From NCBI GenBank assembly GCA_002702875.1, contig PACV01000007.1, positions 12,313 through 76,312 of the forward strand: a DNA stretch of 64,000 bases, written 5' to 3'. The first letter of the stretch is position 1. The number at the start of each line of letters is the position of its first letter. The notes below the pieces were generated by a model that did not search any database, was not told the DNA's origin, and was given only the letters and a program-made list of their open reading frames with translations. Made by a program: the position numbers and the translations under genes. Shown piece by piece: positions 50,701 through 58,058 of the stretch. The DNA comes from Flavobacteriaceae bacterium (GTDB taxonomy: Bacteria > Bacteroidota > Bacteroidia > Flavobacteriales > Flavobacteriaceae).

Positions 50701-51017
50701 TTGCTTAATATTCTGTGAGCAACTTCACTTTTATAAATACTAGATGATGAAAAAGCTTTCTTCCCACTTGCCAATTTAGAAAAGGCAATTTCTTCAATGT
50801 CTAATCTAAGACCTGCCTTTCTAGTCTTTGAGTCTGGCCCATGACATTGAAAACATCGATCCGACAAAATTGGTTTTATATGATAGTTAAAATCTATTTC
50901 TTCAGTTAAGTTTGAGTATTCGGTTTGTACTTTGTCAGGGATAGATAATGTACACGATTGAATAATAAAAGTTGACAAAAATAATAATAAACTAGCTTTA
51001 CTAATTAAATGACTCAT
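47721..51017 (-). CDS. large exported protein: heme-c domain (PSCyt2-type CxxCH) + DUF1549 + LamG-like insert + DUF1553/PSD1
   Basis: Signal/lipobox-like N-terminus (FIIQSC), CFQCHGPD, the hallmark CAKCHDHKFDPISQRDYY, a LamG-like segment (SFSGSFWIN...WNHITFSYNG...GKIDDIYLFS) and a C-terminal PSD1-like region (ALVLMNDPQFFEASRILAERI). 1098 aa. Confidence 0.85.
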   Translation of the reverse strand: MSHLISKASLLLFLSTFIIQSCTLSIPDKVQTEYSNLTEEIDFNYHIKPILSDRCFQCHGPDSKTRKAGLRLDIEEIAFSKLASGKKAFSSSSIYKSEVAHRILSNDPLDQMPPPESKLSLSDNEKALILRWIDQGAKWKEHWSFIKPKIPQIPENIYVDSKINNEIDYFVNRKLKKLNLKFSEKASKERLLRRVSMDLRGLPPSIDEIDDFLNDNSPNAYEKVVDRFLNSVAHAEMLTLDWLDLSRYADSHGLHADGARTMWPWRDWVINSFEKNMPYDQFVTWQIAGDLFQNPTREQKLATAFNRNSPMTAEGGAIDEEWRLHYVFDRTETLSTAFLGLTVACAKCHDHKFDPISQRDYYQLASFFNNIKELGMTGDDGDFGPLLPMPSKEKENEISQIKTKIDDKEKEINIQKNELREFYSYVENLKNKNSSEKNIIKNLKSNYLIGHYPLDKIKKSNNSNNKKIFIVDNNFYAKSQSKAEVVDGIKDKALKFSTDIDYLNLEKVPNFETNDSFSGSFWINTDDMNPEKTQHVLGTSGQKNDFWRGWDIYLDNENYINMRLINVLPTNLIHVKSSNVIEKDTWNHITFSYNGSAKSSGIRIFINGKEANLDVKMDNLYKSIHPIPVGKKSQTGFPLNVRKKDIRPLRVGRSGMYHSGDKGLFSGKIDDIYLFSKDMTNLESLSLFNSYDISKRNVNETVIKNHWIESDYKILRNKAKLSTLRKNWLKIMEPVIEVMVMEEMKKPRDNYLLNRGSYLEPSHKVGTDVPENLPKMDSSLPKNRLGLAKWLFSNENPLTSRVTVNRYWQMIFGFGLVRTPEDFGVQGMLPSHPELLDWLSIYLINNNWNIKKLIKLMVMSHVYQQKSNSNDKLNEIDPNNFFLARSNSYKLPAEIIRDNALASSGLLVKKVGGPSVKPYQPDGLWLEKNSFSADLYNYKKNSGDSLYRRGMYTFIKRTSPPPSMIALDGTSREVCTVRREKTNTPLQALVLMNDPQFFEASRILAERIQKEGGENYLDQIKYGFRLAISRNPKDEELKLLKELYESQLKFYKSNPKMTNQILKVGDKKFDRSLNKYRTAALTMVSNTILNHDETYLKR

Positions 51018-51037
51018 TACAATAAAAATAAAAAAAA

Positions 51038-51820
51038 TTAATTAAAAATTGAATTTAGAACATGCGCTAACCTAAGACCTCCCATTAAGAGTCTTGATTT
51101 TACAGTATTCAAATATTTGTATCTATATTCAAAGCCCAAATTTGAATTTTCTTTAGCATCATTGTATATACTGTCTGCTATATTTTGAGATTCCGTGACC
51201 CAATCTAAAATATTTGATTTTTTGATTCTATCAATTTCTGTTTCCCCTAGGATTGGTAAATCTTTTGATAATTCTGTGTAACTCATTTGGTGACTATTAA
51301 TTATTTGGCTATCCCAGACTCTATGTAAATTTGTTTGTACTCCAAACCATCTAACCTTTATATCGTTTCCACCTCTGTCCTCCTTTCTTCCAACGTGTAA
51401 AGGTTGATGAACATCTCCAATAAAGTGAACAAGTAGTTTTAAATAAAAACTTTTATCCTTTTTATTGTAATTTTTGTCACTTAATATTTCAATACATTTA
51501 TATATGGCCACTATTACATCTCCATTTTTATTCTTGTTTTTTGTATCGTAATTTTCTCCAGATTTAATATTTACGTAATGCCAGGGGTTAAATTTTTTAT
51601 ATTTTGGATCAGACTTAATATCATCAGCAAATGTAGATACGCTAGCTAGTGATTTACCATTTAAAAGATTTTTAATTGATTTTTTTGCTTTTTCAGTTAA
51701 ATAATTTTCAGCGATTTGACCAACTACTCTGTGACCAGTGGCACCCCATATCTCATTTGATTTATCAAACGAGGTGTTTGAAATGTATATTAGAAATAAT
51801 ATTAAAAATCTTAAAAACAC
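51038..51820 (-). CDS. S1/P1 family nuclease, exported
   Basis: WGATGHRVVGQIAE at the mature N-terminus, HFIGDVHQPLHVG, NLHRVWD. GTG start. It ends 20 nt upstream of the heme-c/DUF1549 gene on the same strand. Confidence 0.88.
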   Translation of the reverse strand: MFLRFLILFLIYISNTSFDKSNEIWGATGHRVVGQIAENYLTEKAKKSIKNLLNGKSLASVSTFADDIKSDPKYKKFNPWHYVNIKSGENYDTKNKNKNGDVIVAIYKCIEILSDKNYNKKDKSFYLKLLVHFIGDVHQPLHVGRKEDRGGNDIKVRWFGVQTNLHRVWDSQIINSHQMSYTELSKDLPILGETEIDRIKKSNILDWVTESQNIADSIYNDAKENSNLGFEYRYKYLNTVKSRLLMGGLRLAHVLNSIFN

Positions 51821-51840
51821 AAACCAATTTAAAAAAAAAT

Positions 51841-51848
51841 TAAATTTG
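51841..51848 (+). promoter_or_regulatory. candidate -7 box TAAATTTG for the pirin-like gene
   Basis: Exact TAnnTTTG match 15 nt upstream of the ATG at 51864, in the 43-nt divergent gap. Confidence 0.3.
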
Positions 51849-51863
51849 ATTTAAAAATTTAAA

Positions 51864-52607
51864 ATGAAATTAGAAATATATACAATTGAAGACCAAGCAA
51901 GAGGACACTTTAATAATGGGGAGATACTTGAGAACAAACCAATAGGTTTTCCAGGTGATGGAGGAAAACTAAAACCTTATTCAAATATATTTTATTGGGC
52001 TCATGCGTGGACAGGCTCAAAAAAAAGTACAATTGGCCTACACCCTCATCAAGGTTTTGAAATTTGCAGTTTTGTATTAAAAGGTAAAATAAATCACTTT
52101 GATACAAAGCAAAACTCTTGGATTCCCTTATCAGAAGGTGATGTTCAAATTATAAGATCTGGAAATGGAATTTCTCATTCAGAGGAATTGATGGAAAATT
52201 CTGAAATTTTTCAGATTTGGTTTGATCCAAATCTAAGAGTATCTCTTAATAAATTAGCCTCTTATGATGATTACAAGAGCCAGGATTTTAAAATTTTGGA
52301 TTCGAAATGGAAAAAAACCAAAATTATAAAAGATGAAAACTCAAAATTAAAAATGGATAGTGAGGGAATTGAAATCTTTCAATATTCTTATCTTGATAAT
52401 AAAAATGATGAGATAAGTTTAAAACTCGACAAGATTCATTCTTTTTTTATAATTGATGGAGAAATATCAATTAATGGTAAAATAATTAGTAAAGGTTTTT
52501 TTTTCACAGTCACAGATCAAAATTTATTGAAATTAAAAATATTGTCAAATTCAGAAATTTTTAGGATATCTTCACCAAAAAATGTAAGTTATAAAACTTA
52601 TTCATAA
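51864..52607 (+). CDS. pirin-family cupin protein
   Basis: HPHQGFEICSFVLKGKINHFD matches the pirin N-terminal metal motif (HPHRGFE..-like). 247 aa. Confidence 0.75.
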   Translation: MKLEIYTIEDQARGHFNNGEILENKPIGFPGDGGKLKPYSNIFYWAHAWTGSKKSTIGLHPHQGFEICSFVLKGKINHFDTKQNSWIPLSEGDVQIIRSGNGISHSEELMENSEIFQIWFDPNLRVSLNKLASYDDYKSQDFKILDSKWKKTKIIKDENSKLKMDSEGIEIFQYSYLDNKNDEISLKLDKIHSFFIIDGEISINGKIISKGFFFTVTDQNLLKLKILSNSEIFRISSPKNVSYKTYS

Positions 52608-52853
52608 ATTTAATTTTTAGCTAAATTTTCTAAATTATAAACCAAGTAGGGGTAATTAAAACTTGTAATTGAATATAAAATACGTAAGTTAAAGATAATT
52701 TAATATTACATATTGTAGTTAGGCTTAGAAATAAAAAAACCAACAAAACTTATACTAAAGGTTCAATAATAAATAAAAGAAAGGTTAAAATATTTTTCCT
52801 CAAAATTTGTAATATTTTGTAAATTACATAAAAACATTCGAAAAATTTTTTTT

Positions 52854-53825
52854 ATGAAATATCGCAGATTTGGAAGAACCAATTGGAATATTAGTGAAGT
52901 TGGTTATGGAATGTGGGGAATGGGAGAATGGTCAGAATCAGATGATAAACAATCATCAAATTCTTTAGATATTGCAGTTGACGGAGGTGTAAATTTTTTT
53001 GATACAGCTTGGGCTTATGGTAGAGGTCACAGTGAAAGATTACTAGGTAATTTAGTTAAAAGACATTCAAATAAGAAATTATACTTAGCAAGTAAAGTTC
53101 CACCCAAAAATTTTAAATGGCCCTCAAAAAAAACATATTCCTATTTTGATTGTTATCCAATTGAGCATATTAATAATTATGTAGACAAAACTCTTAAAAA
53201 TCTAAATTTAGATCATATTGATTTAATTCAATTGCATACTTGGGACGATAGTTGGGCTGACATTGATGAATGGAAAAAATCAATTGAAGAATTAAAAAAG
53301 TCAGGTAAAATTTCGGCTTTTGGTTTAAGTCTAAATAGGTGGGAGCCCGACAATGGAATTAAAGCACTCAGATATGGACTAATTGATTCTGTTCAAGTTA
53401 TATATAATATTTTTGATCAATCACCAGAGGATAATTTATTTCCTAGCTGTAAAAAATATGATGTTGGAATTATTGCCAGAGTTCCATTTGATGAAGGAAC
53501 GTTAACTGGAAATATAACAAAGGAAACTAAATTTCCAAAAGAAGATTGGAGATCAACATATTTCGTTCCAGAAAATTTAATTTCAAGTGTTGAAAAAGTC
53601 GATATGATTCGTCCCTTAATACCGAGTGGAATTTCAATGGCAGAGGTAGCGTTAAAGTTTATATTGATGAACAATAATGTAGGTACTGTCATTCCAGGAA
53701 TGAGAAAAAAAAATCATGTTGAATCTAATATTTCAGTAAGTGATTCTGAACAATTAGAAATAAACTTATATAAAGAATTAAGAAAACATAGATGGGATAG
53801 ATTACCTACCTCTTGGTCCCAATAG
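52854..53825 (+). CDS. aldo/keto reductase
   Basis: GYGMWGMG, FFDTAWAYGRGHSE, DLIQLHTWD. No signal peptide. 323 aa. Confidence 0.88.
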   Translation: MKYRRFGRTNWNISEVGYGMWGMGEWSESDDKQSSNSLDIAVDGGVNFFDTAWAYGRGHSERLLGNLVKRHSNKKLYLASKVPPKNFKWPSKKTYSYFDCYPIEHINNYVDKTLKNLNLDHIDLIQLHTWDDSWADIDEWKKSIEELKKSGKISAFGLSLNRWEPDNGIKALRYGLIDSVQVIYNIFDQSPEDNLFPSCKKYDVGIIARVPFDEGTLTGNITKETKFPKEDWRSTYFVPENLISSVEKVDMIRPLIPSGISMAEVALKFILMNNNVGTVIPGMRKKNHVESNISVSDSEQLEINLYKELRKHRWDRLPTSWSQ

Positions 53826-53844
53826 TTAAACTAAAAATAATATT

Positions 53845-55335
53845 ATGAAATTTAAAATTTTATTAGTCATTTTAATAGGGACTTTAATTTCTTGTCAAAA
53901 TATACAAACTGAAAATAAAAAATATGAGGCTAAATGGAGTTCATTGTCTAAGCACAACGAGTCACCACAATGGTTTAAAGATTCTAAGTTTGGAATATAT
54001 TTTCATTGGGGAGTTTATTCAGTCCCAGAATTTAATAGTGAATGGTATCCTAGGAATATGCATTTAAAAGATCATAAGGTATATAAATATCATTTAGAAA
54101 ATTATGGTCATCCAAGTGAATTTGGTTATCATGATTTTGTCCCTATGTTTAAGGCAGAAAAGTTTAATAGTTCTGAATGGGCAAGATTATTTAAAGATGC
54201 AGGAGCAAAGTTCGCTGGACCTGTTGCTGAGCATCATGACGGTTTTTCAATGTGGGCTAGCAAGGTTTCCCCATGGAATGTTTATGACAAAGGTCCAAAA
54301 AAGGATATTATGATGGAATTGAAAAATTCAATAGAAGAAAATGACATGAAATTTATTGCTACATTTCACCATGCTAAACACTTACAAAGGAGTAAAACGA
54401 TTAATCAAGAAAATCCTTTGAGCCATTATCCTTTTTTAGATGATATGCCAACAAGTTCTAATGACCCTGAATTATCGCTTTTATATGGAAACATGGATGA
54501 AAATAAATGGTACGAAAATATATGGTTTGGCAAATTAAAAGAGGTAATTGATAATTACAGTCCTGACATAATTTGGTTTGATTATGTTCTTGATGAAATT
54601 CCTGAAAAATTTAGAAAAAAATTTGCAGCTTATTATCTAAATAATTCAAATGATAAGGAAGTAGTAATTGTTAGAAAACAACATGATTTACCTCAATCAT
54701 TAAGTATTGAAGATTTAGAGCAATCAAGAAAAAATGAAATTGGTAATAAGACATGGATGACTGATGCGACAGTTAGTGATGGAAGCTGGTCTTACACAAA
54801 AAATCTAAAGGTCAAATCAGCTAGTAAAGTTTTGCACATGTTAATTGACATAGTAAGTAAAAATGGAGTTTTGTTATTAAATGTGTCACCAAAGGCAAAT
54901 GGAGAAATTCCAAAAAATCAAATAGAAGTACTTGAATCAATGGGAAGGTGGTTAAAGAAGAATGGAGAATCAATTTATGGGACAGAGGCATGGTATAGAT
55001 TTGGAGAGGGGCCAACAGTACAACCTGAAGGTCATTTTAAAAACAGAGATATTTTTCATAAACTTGAGTACAGTTCAAAAGATATAAGGTACACAGTAAA
55101 AAACTACGATATTTATGCTATTTTTTTAGGAGAGATAAAGGGAAATCAAAAAGTAATTTTAAAATCATTTTCAAAGGAAGCCATAACTGACTTGGTAAGA
55201 GTCAAAGATGTTGAGCTATTAGAAACAAGAAATAAATTAAATTGGAATCTTGAGAGTGATGGTCTTCATATAGAAATTCCTGATGGTAAATATGACGAAT
55301 TAGCCTCTGTTATAAAAATTACAACAGATGGTTAA
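53845..55335 (+). CDS. alpha-L-fucosidase (GH29), lipoprotein
   Basis: Lipobox LISC, FGIYFHWGVYSVPEFNSEWY, AKFAGPVAEHHDGFSMW, WFDY. C-terminal beta-sandwich domain. Confidence 0.9.
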   Translation: MKFKILLVILIGTLISCQNIQTENKKYEAKWSSLSKHNESPQWFKDSKFGIYFHWGVYSVPEFNSEWYPRNMHLKDHKVYKYHLENYGHPSEFGYHDFVPMFKAEKFNSSEWARLFKDAGAKFAGPVAEHHDGFSMWASKVSPWNVYDKGPKKDIMMELKNSIEENDMKFIATFHHAKHLQRSKTINQENPLSHYPFLDDMPTSSNDPELSLLYGNMDENKWYENIWFGKLKEVIDNYSPDIIWFDYVLDEIPEKFRKKFAAYYLNNSNDKEVVIVRKQHDLPQSLSIEDLEQSRKNEIGNKTWMTDATVSDGSWSYTKNLKVKSASKVLHMLIDIVSKNGVLLLNVSPKANGEIPKNQIEVLESMGRWLKKNGESIYGTEAWYRFGEGPTVQPEGHFKNRDIFHKLEYSSKDIRYTVKNYDIYAIFLGEIKGNQKVILKSFSKEAITDLVRVKDVELLETRNKLNWNLESDGLHIEIPDGKYDELASVIKITTDG

Positions 55336-55400
55336 ATATTAAATTAATTTTATTAGCTTAGTTATTATAATAAACATATTAACTTATATATAATAACAAC

Positions 55401-55889
55401 ATGAAAAAAATTTTATTTTTATTAATCGTAATTAACTTTGGGTTTATAAATGCCCAAGGTATTACAGGAGTTACAACAACTGAGGACAAATATTCCAATT
55501 CAGTTAGGGATCTAATTACAGACTATATTGACAATAAATTTGAACTAACAGACTTCATATCTGATGATGCCAATATAATTGTTGTTGGACAGGTATTATC
55601 AAAAGAACAGTATATTCAAGGATTTAAAATTCATCACAAATTATACACTGACATCAAATTTGGGACAATGTTCATTGATACTACAGTATATAATGAGGCA
55701 TTCAATAATCAAGTTTGGTCACATTTATGGGGAGAATGGTCTGGAAAAAATATAAAGACTGGAAAAGTTAGTACTAATTGGGTAAATGGAAGTTATAAGT
55801 GGGTAGATGGAAAAATTGTAAACATAAATGTTATTTATGATCCAACTGAATTAAATGCAGATTTAAAAAGGGCTAAGATTAAATTATAA
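55401..55889 (+). CDS. exported NTF2/SnoaL-like fold protein, function unknown
   Basis: Signal peptide (LLIVINFGFINAQG). 162 aa, with the size and pattern of SnoaL-like small proteins. This is a weak, fold-level call. Confidence 0.5.
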   Translation: MKKILFLLIVINFGFINAQGITGVTTTEDKYSNSVRDLITDYIDNKFELTDFISDDANIIVVGQVLSKEQYIQGFKIHHKLYTDIKFGTMFIDTTVYNEAFNNQVWSHLWGEWSGKNIKTGKVSTNWVNGSYKWVDGKIVNINVIYDPTELNADLKRAKIKL

Positions 55890-55901
55890 ATTATTTGATA
55901 C

Positions 55902-56477
55902 ATGAAATTTTTTTTAACAACAATTTGTCTATCAATATTTTTCGTTTCTTGCAACAATTATAAAACCAACAAGATTGCTCCTTCTTCCAAAGATGTTCAA
56001 GTTTTCGAAAATCAAGTTTCAACTTTTTATATTTTCAGAAAAGCATTTAATGATGAAGATATTGATTTATTGATGTCAAATTTATCTGACACACTTAAAT
56101 GGAGTCCTCCTCAATATAATAATAATGTTACATTAGGTTATGAGGAATACAAACAAACAATTCTAGGATATTTTGATCAATTTGATAATATAACTTTTTA
56201 TGAATCGGAGGGTAGTTTATTTAATGTAAAGACACCTGCTTTTTGGGCAGGATCAGTATTTTCCTCTGTAATAGATAGTGCGACAACAAGTCCCTTGAAT
56301 ATGAGGGTTTATGGAACTTGGAAAGCAATACATACAGAGTCTGGAGCTGAAGTAGGAAATAAGTGGTATGGATTGTTTGGCTTTAACGAAGATGGTAAAA
56401 TTGCATCAATTTCAGATTGGATGGATGTGAGTGGTATGCAAAACCAAATTGAAAATCATATTATAAAAGGTGAATAA
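55902..56477 (+). CDS. NTF2/SnoaL-like lipoprotein, function unknown
   Basis: Lipobox FFVSC. 191 aa, with a pattern similar to the upstream gene (weak paralogy). Followed by a strong terminator. Confidence 0.5.
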   Translation: MKFFLTTICLSIFFVSCNNYKTNKIAPSSKDVQVFENQVSTFYIFRKAFNDEDIDLLMSNLSDTLKWSPPQYNNNVTLGYEEYKQTILGYFDQFDNITFYESEGSLFNVKTPAFWAGSVFSSVIDSATTSPLNMRVYGTWKAIHTESGAEVGNKWYGLFGFNEDGKIASISDWMDVSGMQNQIENHIIKGE

Positions 56478-56481
56478 TTTA

Positions 56482-56503
56482 AAAAGCCCCGGGAGGGGCT
56501 TTT
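56482..56503 (+). terminator. Rho-independent terminator
   Basis: AAAAGCCCC-GGGA-GGGGCTTTT forms a 9-bp stem with a GC core, 4 nt after the TAA stop. It is the only GC-rich hairpin I saw in the window. Confidence 0.85.
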
Positions 56504-56721
56504 AAACAAAAAAACAATAAACGAAAAATTATATAGAGTTTAAGACATACTCTAAAATGTAAGCTGACAACTATAATGTCATTCACAAAAATATGTAGGT
56601 ATTTTGACTAAATGATGAAATATTTTTATTAAAAAAGGATTTTTATTGAAAAAGCAATAATGATATCCCAAAAATATTATAATAATAAAAAATAACTTTA
56701 ATTTTTTATAAATTATTAAAA

Positions 56722-56913
56722 TTACATGTTTTGAATCATTTTGTAGAACTCTTTTGTAATAGTAAACGATCTTCCGTTTTCAGTATGCAATGAATTATCG
56801 CCCTCACCGTTTAAAGTGTGATATTCAGTTAAATGATTTTTGAAACTAATTAAGTCAATTATTTCAAAATCAATTCCATAGTCATCTTTAATAACTATTT
56901 TTTTATTAATCAT
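56722..56913 (-). CDS. small hypothetical protein (63 aa), translationally coupled to the ChbG-like gene
   Basis: Its ATG overlaps the upstream stop by 8 nt (ATGATTAA). I recognise no motif. Confidence 0.45.
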   Translation of the reverse strand: MINKKIVIKDDYGIDFEIIDLISFKNHLTEYHTLNGEGDNSLHTENGRSFTITKEFYKMIQNM

Positions 56914-57859
56914 ACAAGACTTCTTTTATCTGTCCCCATTTTACCAATATAATATTTCTTTTTCTTAGTCTTTTTTTAAATTCATCACTTTCTAAAATTT
57001 TAAAATCTAACTCCCTCCATTTTGATCCCCAATGAGGATGGTCTACAGTAATTGCTTTAAGTTCATCGTTGTCATATCCAACATGAACTAGTAAAACATT
57101 TAAGCCAGGTTTTATATCATCTAAAACATTTTTATAAAATTTCATCCACTCTTCATAATTTATTGGCGAATCGTCTTGTTTACCATATATTTTTTTTACA
57201 AATAATATTTTGGATTTATCAATCTTGGTAAAATCAATTAATTTATTATCAAGGATAGATTTATATTCTTCAGATATTTGGACAGGTAATCGAAATTTAT
57301 TTCCAACCTCCAAATATGCTTGTAGTGTTTTTGGTGTTGCTCTGACAGCTCCCATATGTGTGTCAAGGTGAGTTGGTATCAATCCATTTGACAAAGAATA
57401 GTTTATTTGAGCTTCAAGTTCATTTTTAACATCTTCATACTTTGCATATTTTCTAACAAATGAAACTTCAGGGTAAAAGTGCCCTTTATCATCTAATATA
57501 GATTTAATTTTATCTGAAGATGATATTCCTCCCCATTTATAATTTTTCCATTCTGCTGTAAGTGTAAGATGAATTCCTATATCAAGATTTGGATTTTTTT
57601 TTGAATATTCAATCACCTCGAGAAACCAAGGGCAAGGGACCATTACACTTCCGGAATTAATGTGACCTTCATTGAATGCATCAAAACTAGCACTATTAAC
57701 AGATTGAGACATTCCAATGTCATCATTATGTATTATTAGTAATTTAGAATCTTTATCAAAACCTAATTTTTCTAAAATGTTATTTTCTTGAGAATAAATT
57801 ATGTTTGCTAAAAAGAATATGCTTAGAAAGAATTTAAAAAAGATGGTCAAGTTTTTCAT
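56906..57859 (-). CDS. ChbG/YdjC-family carbohydrate deacetylase, with signal peptide
   Basis: LLIIHNDDIGMSQSVN (YdjC metal/acid motif), GIHLTL, THLDTHM. N-terminal signal FLSIFFLANIIYSQE. Confidence 0.8.
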   Translation of the reverse strand: MKNLTIFFKFFLSIFFLANIIYSQENNILEKLGFDKDSKLLIIHNDDIGMSQSVNSASFDAFNEGHINSGSVMVPCPWFLEVIEYSKKNPNLDIGIHLTLTAEWKNYKWGGISSSDKIKSILDDKGHFYPEVSFVRKYAKYEDVKNELEAQINYSLSNGLIPTHLDTHMGAVRATPKTLQAYLEVGNKFRLPVQISEEYKSILDNKLIDFTKIDKSKILFVKKIYGKQDDSPINYEEWMKFYKNVLDDIKPGLNVLLVHVGYDNDELKAITVDHPHWGSKWRELDFKILESDEFKKRLRKRNIILVKWGQIKEVLYD

Positions 57860-57923
57860 TAATTTAGTATTTAATTGATTTCATTTTTTCTAAAATTAAT
57901 AAAATTAAATTTTATTCTTCTTA

Positions 57924-58058
57924 ATGAAAGGATTCAAAAAAAAATTAGATACTAAAGTTTGTATTAGTTGTGGTAGACCTTTTCAATGGAGGAAAAAGTG
58001 GGAAAAGGATTGGCAAAAGGTCAAATATTGTAGTAATAAGTGTAAAAAAAATAAATGA
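57924..58058 (+). CDS. DUF2256 family mini-protein (44 aa), absent from the ORF track
   Basis: Translated by hand: [44 protein letters not shown]. The C-x2-C-GRPF-x-WRKKW...V-(K/R)-YCS-x2-C pattern is the DUF2256 signature as I recall it. Confidence 0.75.
   Translation: MKGFKKKLDTKVCISCGRPFQWRKKWEKDWQKVKYCSNKCKKNK

Noticed and set aside
52608-52853. The 246-nt gap between the pirin and AKR genes, and the 244-nt gap at 56478-56721, were inspected for sRNA, riboswitch or small ORFs.
   Set aside because: The first gap has no plus-strand ATG, and the only ORFs found in the two gaps are a 22-codon minus-strand ORF in the first gap and a 5-codon plus-strand ORF in the second. I could not fold any conserved-looking stem-loops or recognise any riboswitch core. 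The sequence is almost pure A/T.
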